Notes under the pieces: model-generated | Told to the model about the DNA's origin: nothing | The model's database searches: none | What the model saw: only the letters and a program-made list of their open reading frames with translations | Position numbers and translations under genes: made by a program | Part shown: positions 1 through 11,491 of the stretch, one piece after another | Numbering within the stretch: the stretch's first letter is position 1 | How the letters are laid out: each line of letters opens with the position of its first letter | NCBI GenBank assembly: GCA_965204745.1 | Contig: OZ242010.1 | Coordinates: forward strand, 4,608,001 to 4,672,000 | Direction: 5' to 3' | DNA: 64,000 bases | From: Candidatus Latescibacterota bacterium | Lineage (GTDB): Bacteria; Latescibacterota; UBA2968

Positions 1-897
1 GTGCCCGCGGCAGCGTGGACGCGCCCTTGTCCACCCGAAATTTTTGCAGGAGAAATCCAACGCGCTGTGGATCAGGGGTATCGCATTTTCAAAATGCACT
101 CGGACGCCCGATACGACGTCATCGAACAAACCAAAGCCGCTGCGGAAGTCGCGCCCCCGGGCTTCAAACTCCACTGGGATTTCAACCACAACCGCACCAT
201 GGGCGTCGTGCTTCCCATTGTCGCCGAACTCGAACGCAACCACCCGGTCGTGGGGTTTATCGAAGACCCGTTGCCGTGGACAGACATCGACGGCTGGCGC
301 GCACTCAGAGGTAAAACCCAACTGCCGCTGATCATGCACAATCCCCAACTCGGCGGCATGCAGGAAGTGCTTCGCGGCGTGGCCGATATTTACATGATCG
401 GCGGGCGCATTGGCGACACCTTGCAACGGGGATTTGCATACGGTCAAGCCAACATCCAGACGCTCCTGCAACAATCGGGCAACACCCTGATGAAAGCCTT
501 TACCCTGCATCAGGCGGCTGTTTTGCCCACGGCGACCGCGCACATCATCACCCTTGACGACCAGTACGAAGACGACATTACCACAGCGCAACTTTTGCCC
601 ACCGAGGGTTTTTGTCGCGTGCCCGAAGGCGCGGGCTTGGGCGTCGAGGTGGATGAGGAAAAACTCGCGCGGGCGGCCCAACGCAACCCCATTCCCAAAC
701 TCGACATCATCGGCGTGCTCCACCTGCCCGGCGGGCGCAGGTATTACACCTTCGGCGAACCCAACGTGGCAACCCTCACCGGCTTTGAAGAAGGCGCCCT
801 GCGCGGCATCCACTACGAACGCCTCGTCAAAAGCGACTCGCCCGACTATGATCGCATCCAAAAGCGACTCCAAGCAGAAGGCCCATTCATCGCGTAG
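1..897 (+). CDS. Mandelate racemase/muconate lactonizing (enolase superfamily) protein, 5'-partial
   Basis: FKMH (KxK-like), WDFNH, FIEDP, LDDQYEDD and C-terminal VPEGAGLGVEVDEE motifs; the ORF runs off the window start. Confidence 0.8.
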   Translation: MPAAAWTRPCPPEIFAGEIQRAVDQGYRIFKMHSDARYDVIEQTKAAAEVAPPGFKLHWDFNHNRTMGVVLPIVAELERNHPVVGFIEDPLPWTDIDGWRALRGKTQLPLIMHNPQLGGMQEVLRGVADIYMIGGRIGDTLQRGFAYGQANIQTLLQQSGNTLMKAFTLHQAAVLPTATAHIITLDDQYEDDITTAQLLPTEGFCRVPEGAGLGVEVDEEKLARAAQRNPIPKLDIIGVLHLPGGRRYYTFGEPNVATLTGFEEGALRGIHYERLVKSDSPDYDRIQKRLQAEGPFIA

Positions 898-908
898 CCA
901 AAAAAATA

Positions 909-930
909 AACGGGATAGAAATATCCCGTT
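909..930. terminator. Intrinsic terminator hairpin between convergent genes
   Basis: AACGGGATA-gaaa-TATCCCGTT with an A-run on its 5' side (U-tail on the minus strand). Confidence 0.6.
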
Positions 931-955
931 GTATCCACCCCACGGCAAAGCGATC

Positions 956-1945
956 TCATGATGTCCAAGGAATGGGGACGTCGATCTCTGTGGCAATGCG
1001 TTGCAACAGGTCGAAATGGTCTTCGGTCAGCGGGATGCCGCTTTGGGTTCGCGCCTGTTCGCGTTGCCATTCCAAACTGCCGGGCACATCTGCCCGCGTC
1101 AAACCCGGCATGGGCTTCAGGGAGCGGCTCTCGCGCAAAATCCGCGCGACCTCTGCCTTATACGCCTCCAAATCGCCCAACTGCGCTAGGTCAATCCCCA
1201 CGATGACGAACCCTCGCGTGGCACTTAAAAACGCAGGCGTGCGCGATTCGGGGGTCGCAGTGCCCGCCAAAATCCCCGCCAACAACCACGACGTAAAGCG
1301 CATCCCCAAACTCTTAAAAACAAAATCCGGAAACGTCTGCAAGGCCTGGGCGAGTTTGGTGCGATCCTTCAACATATTCGCGTTCATATCCAGCACAAAG
1401 GGCGGGTCTTCCGCCGTTGGAATGCCAAAACACATCGGGGGCGCGTACATCGCATCCCACACGGTTGCATCGGACCGCGTGGGTTTTTCCCAGGCGGTGC
1501 CCCCGGCCACGCAAAAAGTCGCCAAATCGCGTGCCAGTGCCAGTCGCGCATAAATCCCCGCGCTGCCCACATGCCCGTGATTGCGCGTACACCCCACCGC
1601 AACGCCTGTCGCTTTTGCCTTCTCTATGACCGCCTCGGTCGCCCGCGTCGCCGCCAGATACCCCGCGCCGCCATCGCCGTCAAAAACCGCTATCGCAGGC
1701 GCGTCCATAACTCGCACGACCTCGGCCTGTGGGTTGATGCGGCCTTCTCGAAACTCGGCCACATAGCGTTTCAACTGCCGCGTGCCGTGCGTCATCACCC
1801 CGCGCAAATCCACCTCCACCAAATAGCGGGCGATCAGCTCGGCATCGGCCTCTGGCACCTGAACGCGGCGCAACACCTCGGTCGCAAAATCGCGCAACTG
1901 ATCGGGCATAACCGCCCGTCCACTCTGCCGCCCGTGCGTGCCCAT
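956..1945 (-). CDS. Ldh_2 family (malate/L-lactate/ureidoglycolate-type) oxidoreductase
   Basis: DLRGVMTHG, FDGDGGAG, RNHGHVG and PGSLE motifs; start uncertain (1945 chosen, ORF open to 1984). Confidence 0.8.
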   Translation of the reverse strand: MGTHGRQSGRAVMPDQLRDFATEVLRRVQVPEADAELIARYLVEVDLRGVMTHGTRQLKRYVAEFREGRINPQAEVVRVMDAPAIAVFDGDGGAGYLAATRATEAVIEKAKATGVAVGCTRNHGHVGSAGIYARLALARDLATFCVAGGTAWEKPTRSDATVWDAMYAPPMCFGIPTAEDPPFVLDMNANMLKDRTKLAQALQTFPDFVFKSLGMRFTSWLLAGILAGTATPESRTPAFLSATRGFVIVGIDLAQLGDLEAYKAEVARILRESRSLKPMPGLTRADVPGSLEWQREQARTQSGIPLTEDHFDLLQRIATEIDVPIPWTS

Positions 1946-1958
1946 CCCGGTCTGCCCT

Positions 1959-3614
1959 TTAAGTGAGGCCATTTTTCGTTCCACAAACGTGAACTTTGAC
2001 CCCTAATGCCTGCATCATGGCGACTTTGACGGCCAGTGCGTTGTCGGCATCTCGGGCGGATTGGGCGTACGCGACTTGGATGTGGTTGGCCTTGTGCCGG
2101 GCCATCATCTGGTCGCGGGAGATGCCGTAGGTGACAGCGTGCATAATGGGCCACTGCGGGGTGGTCGCACGCCAGCGGCGTTCGGTCTCTCGTCGGGGCA
2201 ATTCGATGACGCCACCGCGTCCGATGTCCATGTGCAAGGCGTCATTTTGAACGAAGATGCGACTCCACACGATTTCCCCGGGTTTGCCCACGCCCTTGCA
2301 AGTGCCGCCGCCGAGGGGGAAATACATGCTGGGCTGGCGTTCGGACGACGTGCCTTTGTACCCGCCGATGTGGTGTGCGGGCGGCGCGCCGCCCGAGATG
2401 AGGAAGACCCACACGTAGTCGTCAACGCGGTTTCCCCGGTAGTGTTCGCCCCAGCGGAGGTCGTGCAAGGTGTTTTCCGGATGTTGCCCCAAGGCGCGCC
2501 AGATCCTGTTGGTGATCAAGCCGTCGAGGCCCGCGCATTCATCCACTTCATTGAAATGCGGGAGGGCTTCGCCTGCGTAGAGCACGCGACCGTTGCCACG
2601 CGCTTTGACCGGGGGCCGGTCCACGTTGTTGAGAATGCCTTCGACCAGATCAGATGCCGGGCACAAGTCTTTGAGGCCCTGTTGGTATTGAATGCCGATG
2701 GTGGCGCACCCAAAATCATCGGCAATGCGGAGGGCCGCGATGTACATCTTGCACTGGGAGTGGATTTGATCATCGGTGAGTTCGTCATCGCCATTTGTGC
2801 CGGTGACAAAGGTGAGGCCCTTGGCTTCGAGCCAGGCGCGCACAGCACGCGCCTCTTCGTCTGTAACGGTTTGCATTTCGGCCCAAAGCGCGGATTGCGA
2901 GAGGCGTTCTTTGAAAACGCCCGTGGGGTTGAGCAAGTGGTCCGGGATGATGGCGTTGAACATGCCCATGCAACCCTCGTCAAAAATGCCCATAATGGCT
3001 TTTTCGCGCTGGAGTTGTGCGGCGAGTGCTCGACCGAGTTCGGCCTCTGCGTCCGGCAGGCGCAAGGGCGTTGCGTCTCGCACATGCGACGTGTCGTGCG
3101 CGACCTTGCCGCTGGCGAGCCATTCGCGCAGGCCGCGTTTGAAGAAATCGTCCGTAAAGTCCAAACTCCACAAGGTGCTGTACGCGACGCCCGCTTTGGT
3201 GAGCGACCCGTTGAGGTTGAGCATGCCGACCAGGCCCGGCCATTGCCCGGACCAGTTGGCGAGGGTGAGAATGGGGCCTCGGTGCGAGATCAAGCCGTGC
3301 AACACATGGTGGCTGTATTGCCAGACCGCCTCGGCCACGATGAGGGGCGCGTCGGGATGAATATGTTTGAAGAAAGCCATGCCCTCTTTTTGCGAGCCGA
3401 TAAAGCCGTGTCGCTCATCTGGCTTGTAGGGATGCCCGCGGCGGACTCGCCATCCCTCGCGCTGAATCGCGGCAGTGATGGCTTCTTCCATGGCCTGCTG
3501 TGCGGACCAACACATCTGATTGGCGGACAAGCGCAGGTCCCCATTGGCGATGAGCACGACCTCGTTTTCTCGCGGTGCTTCGGGTTCGGCGAGTTCGGGA
3601 AGTGCGTATGCCAT
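1959..3614 (-). CDS. L-fucose/L-arabinose isomerase-family protein
   Basis: 551 aa; [25 protein letters not shown] and HKANHIQV motifs; SD (GGAGG) upstream. Confidence 0.8.
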   Translation of the reverse strand: MAYALPELAEPEAPRENEVVLIANGDLRLSANQMCWSAQQAMEEAITAAIQREGWRVRRGHPYKPDERHGFIGSQKEGMAFFKHIHPDAPLIVAEAVWQYSHHVLHGLISHRGPILTLANWSGQWPGLVGMLNLNGSLTKAGVAYSTLWSLDFTDDFFKRGLREWLASGKVAHDTSHVRDATPLRLPDAEAELGRALAAQLQREKAIMGIFDEGCMGMFNAIIPDHLLNPTGVFKERLSQSALWAEMQTVTDEEARAVRAWLEAKGLTFVTGTNGDDELTDDQIHSQCKMYIAALRIADDFGCATIGIQYQQGLKDLCPASDLVEGILNNVDRPPVKARGNGRVLYAGEALPHFNEVDECAGLDGLITNRIWRALGQHPENTLHDLRWGEHYRGNRVDDYVWVFLISGGAPPAHHIGGYKGTSSERQPSMYFPLGGGTCKGVGKPGEIVWSRIFVQNDALHMDIGRGGVIELPRRETERRWRATTPQWPIMHAVTYGISRDQMMARHKANHIQVAYAQSARDADNALAVKVAMMQALGVKVHVCGTKNGLT

Positions 3615-3655
3615 AATACCCTCCTTTCTTGGTGGTTAAAACAAAAGGCAACCCC

Positions 3656-4441
3656 CTAGGCCGATGCGCCTGCGTAATTTTTAACGCCGCGCTTCCAGAA
3701 CCAGCGGGAAATGAACAAGAGCACCGCGCAGAGCAATCCCGAAGTGATCAGGCTTTGGGCCGTCAAACGACCGGAAAGGGCTTCTGCGGGCACGGTAATG
3801 GCAAATGCCACGGGCACGAGAAACGTGAGAATATAGCGTAGCCAAATCGGGTAGATGCCAATGGGCCAACGCCCGGCCTCGTACATGCTTTGAAAAATAA
3901 CGAGGATATTTTCAATACGCAAAAACCAAAACGTCAGGGTGGCGAGCATCAGCCAAAAGCTGTAAATAATCGCGCCGCCCGTACAAAGCGCGAACGCAAA
4001 TGCCAGGGCCTCGCGCGGCCCAATCCCAAGCCCCTTGTAGATCAGCGCGGCACTGAGCACGCCCAAGCCGAGCATGACATCGGTGATCCGCCATAAGCGG
4101 AGTTGCGAAATGCTGGCGAGGAACTGCGCGTCGCACGGCTTGGTCAGCGTATAATCAAATGTGCCCAGACGCACATCTTCCATGAACTGGCTCATACTCG
4201 GATAAATGACCAAGCCAATCACGCCGCCCACGAACATGAACACCCCGAGCAATGCGAGAATATCCACGGCTTGCCACCCGCCCAGCGTATCGGTGTGCGA
4301 AAACACAATCGCCAACCCCGCGATAGCCGTGCCCAAGTTCAGGACAGATTGCAAGAGTTGAACGTAAAAATTCACGCGATAGGCCATCTCATTGAGCAGG
4401 CCGATGCGGAAGAAGATCCAGATAAGTTTGATATAGTGCAT
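3656..4441 (-). CDS. ABC-2 family transporter permease (DUF990-like)
   Basis: Six hydrophobic segments; VRLGTFDYTLTKP and GRWPIGIYP motifs. Confidence 0.8.
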   Translation of the reverse strand: MHYIKLIWIFFRIGLLNEMAYRVNFYVQLLQSVLNLGTAIAGLAIVFSHTDTLGGWQAVDILALLGVFMFVGGVIGLVIYPSMSQFMEDVRLGTFDYTLTKPCDAQFLASISQLRLWRITDVMLGLGVLSAALIYKGLGIGPREALAFAFALCTGGAIIYSFWLMLATLTFWFLRIENILVIFQSMYEAGRWPIGIYPIWLRYILTFLVPVAFAITVPAEALSGRLTAQSLITSGLLCAVLLFISRWFWKRGVKNYAGASA

Positions 4442-4561
4442 CGTAACCTACCTCTGAATGTCGCGATCAGAAGCGAATTAAGCGTTGAAAGCGAGTAAGC
4501 CATCATCTGATCGCACCCCGCCATCGGGATGTTCGTTTTTTTGTCCATCTGAACTTCGTCA

Positions 4562-5650
4562 TCACTCCCCCGTTTGCAAAAACGCATTCAACCCGTCCAA
4601 ATCCATCCCTTCAATCCCCAACCCGCGCACGCTTCGCCCCGAGGTCCATCCATCGAATCCCATCACCACGGACCCGATATCCACCAACCCGCGCATCAAA
4701 GGCGCGTCCACCCCGTATTGCGCCCCTACATCGTGCCACGTTGAAAGGCCGTAGGGAATATCCTCGGTGAGCCAGCGGCTATCGAGTGACCCCGGTGCTT
4801 TGAGTTGCGTGAGCATTCGGCTACCGTTAATCGCGGCCCACAAATCGCCCCGAGGGCCAAAGCCCGCCCGGTAAAACGCCTCATCTGCGGCAATGAGCTC
4901 ATACCCCAAGGCTTTTGCAATGGCCCTGCGCTCTGCATCCACGGCCATAATCGTCTTGGCGACAGATGGCGAAACCCCTTCTTCGTAAAAATAAAACTCG
5001 CCGTGCGAATACTCGATTCGCCCCGCGTTCATCAGCACGCCCGCCGGATGCACCACTGGATTCATCGCAGACAACCCACACGCCATCGCAGTGGGATACG
5101 CCCGAATCCCCGGAAACAAAGGCGTCAACTGGTCGCGCACCCGTGTGGTCTCAGTCGCGGGCAACACCCCCAGCCCCAAACCGCTCACCGCGCCCCAAAT
5201 CGCGGCCTCATTCGGCCCTGTCTTCCGGCACACATAAGGCGCGGTATCCACCTCGGCGAGTGCGACACCCGTCACCCCGCGCTCGCGCAACAGGGTTGCC
5301 CATGCCAACGTGCCCAACGTGCCCGGCATCAGCACAACCGTATGCTCGGCCTTGAGATGCGGCGCGCAGGCGAGGGCAAACGGTTCGTGGGCATAAGCGG
5401 GCACAATCACCAAAATCAGATCCGAAGCATCCAAAGCCGCCGCGATATCCGTCGTGACACAGTGAATTTTCGCCGCGCCCGTCTCCTCAACCCCCAACAG
5501 ATGAATCACCCCCGTGTCGCGCACCGGATCGAGCACATGTCCAAATTTTGGCAACTCGCACAGGGTCACATCAACCCCTCGCAACGTCAGATTTGCAGCC
5601 GTGGCAAACGCCGTATTGCCCCCGCCCAAAATTGCAATGTGTCGAGCCAT
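4562..5650 (-). CDS. NAD/NADP octopine/nopaline (opine) dehydrogenase family protein
   Basis: Rossmann GGGNTA; NPVVHP, FYFYEEG and RWLTEDIPYGL motifs. Confidence 0.85.
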   Translation of the reverse strand: MARHIAILGGGNTAFATAANLTLRGVDVTLCELPKFGHVLDPVRDTGVIHLLGVEETGAAKIHCVTTDIAAALDASDLILVIVPAYAHEPFALACAPHLKAEHTVVLMPGTLGTLAWATLLRERGVTGVALAEVDTAPYVCRKTGPNEAAIWGAVSGLGLGVLPATETTRVRDQLTPLFPGIRAYPTAMACGLSAMNPVVHPAGVLMNAGRIEYSHGEFYFYEEGVSPSVAKTIMAVDAERRAIAKALGYELIAADEAFYRAGFGPRGDLWAAINGSRMLTQLKAPGSLDSRWLTEDIPYGLSTWHDVGAQYGVDAPLMRGLVDIGSVVMGFDGWTSGRSVRGLGIEGMDLDGLNAFLQTGE

Positions 5651-5724
5651 ACGTTTCTCCTACTGTGCGTGCCCATCCGCTTCCGCACCGCCGCCCAAGT
5701 GCGTGCCCCGCTCATCCGCCCATC

Positions 5725-5860
5725 CGCCCGTGCGTGCCCCACCTCGCCCTGCCCCGCCGTGTGCGTTTTGCCTTTCATCTGTGTTCTTATGCGAAGCGGG
5801 CGTTTTCGCGTCTTCCCGCTTTTCCCCTCTCCCCTCTTGCTTCTCCCCTCTTCCCGCTTC
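5725..5860 (-). repeat. ~140-bp dispersed intergenic repeat, copy 1 (inverted relative to the copies at 15843 and 16363)
   Basis: Reverse complement aligns by eye with 15843-15980 and 16363-16500 (gaagcgggaagaggggag...cgcttcgcataagaacacagatg...gcagggcgaggtggggcacgcac). Confidence 0.85.
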
Positions 5861-8293
5861 TCACCTCCTCCGCTTCCGCTTATTCGTCGCGGGGTTTTGG
5901 GCGATGATTTTCTCGCAGGCCGGGCGCGTTAGGGACGCCGCATCCACATCTTTTGGGATGCGGTAATTTTTGCCATCGCTTTTGATATAAGGGCCGTAGC
6001 GACCCGCGAGGACTTGAATGCCGTCAAAATCGTGGATGACGTGTTGCGACTGTCTGCCGCCCGCGCCGCGTTGCATGAATTTTTCGAGCGTTGCGCGATC
6101 CAATGACGCCGCATCCAAGCCCTTGGGAATTTTGTAATTTTTGCCATCTTTGCGGATATACGGCCCATACCGCCCATCGAGCACCTGAAAATCGCCAAAA
6201 TCCTGCATCACGCTGCGCGCTTTGCGATCTTTTTCCCGTGCCGCAATTTCCAGCGCGCGAGAAAGCGTCATTGCAAACAGGTCTTCGCCCTTGGGGATGG
6301 AAAAAAAATCGCCCCCCATTCGCACGTAAGGGCCGTATCTGCCGACATTGACCTGCACCTCGTCGCCCGCATCATTTTGCCCGAGTTTGCGGGGCAACGC
6401 AAAACACTTGAGCGCGTCGTCCAGCGCGATGTTCAAAATACTCTGGTTCGGCGGCACAGATGCGAACAAGGGCTTCTCCTCGTCCTCTGCCATGCCGATC
6501 TGAATGTAGGGGCCGTATTTGCCAAAGCGCACGCTCACCTCGCGCCCGGTCTTGGGATCCCTGCCCAACTTGCGCCCGATTTTATCCACGGACTTCTTGT
6601 CTTCCACCCGCTTGGTGAACGGCGGATAAAACGCTTTTAACATCGCCTTCCACGAATTTTTCCCCTGGGCGATCTCGTCAAAATCCCCTTCGATGTGCGA
6701 CGTAAATCCCAAATCGACGATATCGGGAAAGTGCTCGGTCAGAAAATCGTTGACCACCTCGCCGATATCCGTGGGCGCGAGTTTCTTCTCCCGCGTGCGC
6801 TCGACATATTCCCGGCTCTGAATGGTCGAAATCGTCGGCGAATAGGTTGAGGGGCGCCCGATGCCCTCGCTCTCGAGCTTCTTCACCAGCGACGCCTCGG
6901 TATAGCGCGGGGGCGGTTTGGTGAACAACTGCTCCAAATGCAACTTCTTCAAGTTCAGCACCTGCCCCTTTTTCACCGCGGGCAAAATCACGTCCTTGTC
7001 GCTGATCGCCGCCTCTGGATCGTCCGATCCCTCGGTGTACGCTTTCAAAAACCCCGGGAACAAAACGCGCTGGCCCTTGGCTTCAAAGAGCAATTCCCCG
7101 GATTCTCCGGCCCGAATGCGGATGGTCGTATAGGCGATGCGCGCATCGGCCATCTGCGTCGCCAACGTGCGCTTCCAAATCAAATCGTACAGCCGAAACT
7201 GCCGCGCATCGAGATGCGCTTTCACCTTTGTGGGTTTGATCGACAAATCCGCCGGGCGAATCGCCTCGTGCGCCTCTTGCGCGCCCTTGCTCTTGTTGGC
7301 AAATCGGCGCGGCCTTGCAATGGTATAGTCCGACCCAAATTCCCGCGCGATCACCTCCTTGGCCTGACGCACGGCTTGATCCGCCAAATTCACGGAATCC
7401 GTCCGCATATACGTGATCAAACCGCCGGTATAGCCGGGAATTTCAAAATTGCCCTCGTAGAGCTGTTGTGCAACGCGCATGGTTTGCGACACGGAAAATC
7501 CCAACTTGCGAGACGCCTCTTGTTGCAAGGTGGAAGTCGTGAACGGCGGCACCGGGGAACGCTTGCCCTCGCGCTCGACCACCTCGGCGACCACAAATTG
7601 CCCCTTCAGCGCGCTCGCTTCAATGGCCTTGGCCTGCGCCTCGTTCTTCACCGCGGCCTTTTTGTCATTGACGCGCGTCAATTCCGCCTGAAACGCGGGA
7701 TCCCGAAAATCGGACTTGATCTTCCAATACTCCTCTGGTTTGAACGCCCGAATCTCCCGCTCTCGATCCACGATGATCCGCACTGCAACGCTCTGCACGC
7801 GCCCGGCAGACAGCCCGCCCTTGACCTTTCGCCACAACAACGGCGAAAGCTGATAGCCCACCGCGCGATCCAAAATGCGCCGCGCCTGTTGTGCATCGAC
7901 CAAATTTTGATCTAGCGCGCGCGGATTTGCCAAGGCGTGCAAAATCGCGGACCGCGTGATCTCGTGAAACACAATGCGCTTGATGGGCTGATTTTTGAGG
8001 CCGAGCGCGGCGATCAAATGCCAGGAGATGGACTCCCCTTCGCGGTCTTCGTCCGTCGCCAGATACACGGTCGTGTCGCTCCCAATCTCTCTTTTGAGTG
8101 CCTGAATCACCTTGCGCTTGTCTTGCGACACCTCGTATTGGGGATCGAAACTCTCGGCGTCAAAGCCCAAGTCGCGCGCGGGCAAATCGCGCACATGTCC
8201 CATCGAAGCGGCGACCTTGTAGTCTTTGCCCACAAACCGCGAAATCGTGCGCGCCTTGGCAGGTGATTCGACGATGATCAAATTTTTCGCCAT
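5861..8293 (-). CDS. topA: DNA topoisomerase I with C-terminal Toprim_C repeats
   Basis: LIIVESPAKA, ATDEDREGE, SAGRVQS, ITYMRTDS (catalytic Tyr), GIGRPSTY; repeated GRYGPY units at the C-terminus. Confidence 0.97.
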   Translation of the reverse strand: MAKNLIIVESPAKARTISRFVGKDYKVAASMGHVRDLPARDLGFDAESFDPQYEVSQDKRKVIQALKREIGSDTTVYLATDEDREGESISWHLIAALGLKNQPIKRIVFHEITRSAILHALANPRALDQNLVDAQQARRILDRAVGYQLSPLLWRKVKGGLSAGRVQSVAVRIIVDREREIRAFKPEEYWKIKSDFRDPAFQAELTRVNDKKAAVKNEAQAKAIEASALKGQFVVAEVVEREGKRSPVPPFTTSTLQQEASRKLGFSVSQTMRVAQQLYEGNFEIPGYTGGLITYMRTDSVNLADQAVRQAKEVIAREFGSDYTIARPRRFANKSKGAQEAHEAIRPADLSIKPTKVKAHLDARQFRLYDLIWKRTLATQMADARIAYTTIRIRAGESGELLFEAKGQRVLFPGFLKAYTEGSDDPEAAISDKDVILPAVKKGQVLNLKKLHLEQLFTKPPPRYTEASLVKKLESEGIGRPSTYSPTISTIQSREYVERTREKKLAPTDIGEVVNDFLTEHFPDIVDLGFTSHIEGDFDEIAQGKNSWKAMLKAFYPPFTKRVEDKKSVDKIGRKLGRDPKTGREVSVRFGKYGPYIQIGMAEDEEKPLFASVPPNQSILNIALDDALKCFALPRKLGQNDAGDEVQVNVGRYGPYVRMGGDFFSIPKGEDLFAMTLSRALEIAAREKDRKARSVMQDFGDFQVLDGRYGPYIRKDGKNYKIPKGLDAASLDRATLEKFMQRGAGGRQSQHVIHDFDGIQVLAGRYGPYIKSDGKNYRIPKDVDAASLTRPACEKIIAQNPATNKRKRRR

Positions 8294-8307
8294 CAAAAAC
8301 GTCCTCC

Positions 8308-8348
8308 GTCAGTTGTCAGTTGTCGGTTGTCAGTTGTCAGTTGTCAGT
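8308..8348. repeat. Heptamer tandem repeat (GTCAGTT)n
   Basis: gtcagttgtcagttgtcggttgtcagttgtcagttgtcagt directly upstream of the topA SD. Confidence 0.9.
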
Positions 8349-8544
8349 CCCCGCCCAACGGCCCCAGAACCCTACGCACTTCGTTTGTCCAGCGAGAAGT
8401 TTAGGTCGCGTTCTGTGGCTGTTTTTTGGAGGTCGTGCAATGTCACGGCGTTCAGGGGAATGCCGCGGTGCGGTACGCAGGGCGGCGCAGGGCTTCGGGT
8501 TCGCCGGGGGTGGATCGCCAAAATACTCGCCCCCAGCGCAAATG

Positions 8545-10592
8545 TCAAGGTCGCGCCCCTCTGTGCGTGCGCGTGGATCGTGCGAGGAGCATCTCCGCGC
8601 CCATCAGCAGCAGGGCCATCCCCAATAGCCATCGCCACAATTCGCGCCCGTGCCGTTGGGACAAAATCGCCGCCTTCAAATCATCCTCGGCATCCACAAC
8701 GCGCACCTTGCCAAATAGCGTCTCGAGACGCGCCATCGGCACAGGGGTCAAATCCGGTTCGCGCTCATCCACCTGCACAGCAAAGCGATCTGACAATCGC
8801 TCGCGTGCAAAAATCTCCCACAGGCCCGGCGCATCCACCACGCCTATGGGCCACGCGGATTGCAAGCGTTGCGGCCAAATCGTCTTTGGCTCTCGGCCCG
8901 GCGCACGCAAAACCGCTTCTGATGCCTCTGCGTCCCGAATCTCTCGCTGCACCACTTGCCCCACGCGATAGTCGGAACGCCCAAAGGTGCCCGCGGCCAA
9001 ATACCCGCTTAGGCGATGTACAAACGGCACGAAAAAGCCGGACAGGGGAGCGTCATTCCAGCCCAAATTCGCGCTGGCCGACGACGCGAACAGTGCCACG
9101 CGCCCATTGCCCTTGCGCGATTCGAGAAGCGCGGCCGCGCCCGATGTAAAGGATAACACCGGCGAGACATTTTCCCCGGCCCGTACCCGATGCGCGAAAA
9201 AAAAGCGCGGGCTTTGAAACGCGCCCTCGAGGTCGAGACGCGCCAACATGGGATGATCCGGCAATACCGGTTGCAATGCCTGATACGCCCCGTCCCTGGC
9301 GCCGCGCGCGCCGAGCAACGTGGCCGGACAAAGCGCGGGCAACAACCGCTCGTTGTAATGCCGGATATCGACTTGATCCCCCAAAAAAATCGCCAGCCCC
9401 ATCCCGCGCGAAACCCGGTTTTGCAACGCGGCAATCGCGCCCTCTGAAAGCCGAGCGACATTGCACAAAAACACCACATCCACGCCCTCCAACGTCTGCT
9501 CTGTGATGCGGTCGGATTCTGCTTGAACCATCTCGGTCGAAACCACGTCCAACGCCTGCGCGAGATAATACGCCTCATCCGGCACATCTGCAACGAGCAA
9601 CACGCGCACTTGCTCGGGTACGTGCAACACGGTCACGCGCTCGTTGTCCGCCTCGAGATCGTCTTCCCCAATCTCCACGCGCAGGGCCACGTCCCCGCCG
9701 GTTTCCGGGACAAATGGCGCGTGCAATTTGCGACGCCCCCCGCAGGCACATGCGCGACATGCTGTGCGACGCGCCGATCATCCAAAAATACCTGCACGGG
9801 CACGGAGCCGCGATGCGACTCGCCGTAATTGATCAACTCGATCCCCAGCGTGCTCGATTGCCCGACCTGCAGCGCGCTGGCCTTGACCTGCCCAATGCCG
9901 ATATTGGCAACCTGCGAGGGCCGCTCCGCGATGATGTACACGGATATGCGGTCCAAATCCGCCAATGTATCCGGCAAACTCGCCCAGCCATTGGCCGCGC
10001 AATCCGTGACGCAATACAACTCGCGGTTGGGCATCTGCGACTCGGTCAAATACGACAACGCGAGTTTTACGCCCGGCTCAAAATCCGTGCTGCCAAACCC
10101 GGCTCGCAACGCATCCAGATGCAGCCGCAACCGCGCTGGCGAAACCACGTCGACCTCCTCAACCCCTTCGTCAACCAATGCCAGACGCACCTCGTCGCGC
10201 TCGTCGAACATCGCCAACAACGCCTGCACCCGCCGCAACGCACGCGCAAACGCCATCCCCTCGGCCGTGCGGTATTGCATGCTCAACGACCGGTCAAGCA
10301 AAATAACCGCCGCCGTGCCCGCATCGCCCACCTGCGTGCTCCCCCCGCTCAAAGTCGGCCGCGCAAACGCCAACACCAGCAACGCGATGAGCAGGGTTCG
10401 CAAAATGAGCAACATCAGTTGCTTCACCTTGATGCGCCGCATGCGGTCGTGCTGAAGCGTTTGCAACAATCCCACATTTGAAAACGCCACCGTTACCGTG
10501 CGCCGCCGATTCAGCAGATGGATCACCAGCGGCAAGAGAGCCGCCCACAGGCCGTGGAGCAGTACTGGATTTGTGAATGAAAGACCGAACAT
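8545..10592 (-). pseudogene. BatA/vWA-domain membrane protein split by a 1-nt frameshift
   Basis: ORF 9633-10592 has the BatA N-terminus (PLVIHLLNRRR..F, LAFARP) and vWA DRSLSM; ORF 8545-9726 has the C-terminal half (D-L-DN.R, ELWRWLL..E); one extra G in the G6 run at 9736-9741 joins them. Confidence 0.8.
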
Positions 10593-10599
10593 TGGAAGG

Positions 10600-10646
10600 C
10601 AGTTGTCAGTGGTCAGTTGTCAGTTGTCAGTTGTCAGTTGTCAGTC
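10600..10646. repeat. Heptamer tandem repeat (CAGTTGT)n
   Basis: About 6.5 units directly upstream of the BatA start codon. Confidence 0.9.
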
Positions 10647-10811
10647 CCCGCCTAGCCACGCCCAAAAGCAAGAGGGGAGAGGGTGGCCTTCTCACGTCTT
10701 GCCTCTCACCTCTCACCTTTTCTCAAGCAGGGACTGACGCCAATCGCTCCTAAAAATAAAAAAACCCGCTTCACAGCAAAGCAGGTGTTGAAATGGCAGG
10801 TGCGGCATCCA

Positions 10812-11273
10812 TCAGTATTTCTCGTCTTCCGCTTCGATAATCGCCAGGGCCTCCTCGTGGTCGCGGATATCGATCAAACGCTGTCGAAAATCCTCGCCCT
10901 TGAGCACTCGGGAGATGCGCGCCAGGGCTTTGATGTGCGGCCCCGAGACATCCAAGGGCGAGACCAAAAGAAAAAAAATGTAGGTCTTTTTGCCATCTAG
11001 CGCATCGAAATTGATGCCCTCGGATTTGATGCCCAGAACGCCCCCCAAGGACATGGCGTATTCCGACTTGCCGTGCGGAATGGCAATGCCGTGTCCGATG
11101 CCCGTGCTCATAATTTCCTCGCGGTACAACACCGCTTCGAGCACCTTATCGCGGTCGGTAATTTTGTCTCCGACTTCGAGGGCATCCACGAGTTCTTCGA
11201 GAATCTCCCGCTTGGTTTGCCCCTTCAGCCCAACAATGACCGATTTGCCCGACAAAATCTCCATCAACGTCAT
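10812..11273 (-). CDS. PTS IIA component (fructose/nitrogen-regulatory type)
   Basis: REEIMSTGIGHGIAIPHGK (phospho-His), FDALDG, HIKALARISR; start placed at MTLMEIL after an SD. Confidence 0.9.
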   Translation of the reverse strand: MTLMEILSGKSVIVGLKGQTKREILEELVDALEVGDKITDRDKVLEAVLYREEIMSTGIGHGIAIPHGKSEYAMSLGGVLGIKSEGINFDALDGKKTYIFFLLVSPLDVSGPHIKALARISRVLKGEDFRQRLIDIRDHEEALAIIEAEDEKY

Positions 11274-11491
11274 GAATGCCCTTCCTTCAAGCCTCACGAT
11301 GACGCACGAGCATCCCGCCCGCAGTGACAATCGGGAAAATAAGACGCCCATTCAATGAAGTCAAGAAAATTAAGGTTCGGATGAAAATGGAAAATCGCGG
11401 TCAATGTTTCATGTTTTCGCTTTTCATTTTTTGGATTTATTGGTACACTTCTGCGGTTTTGGGATCATCTCATTTATTTAGTGAGGTCGAA

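Noticed and set aside
2061-3659. Long antisense ORFs (also 14479-15687, 26434-27378, 57591-60065, 60750-61847)
   Set aside because: GC-rich codon-bias shadows of well-supported genes on the opposite strand
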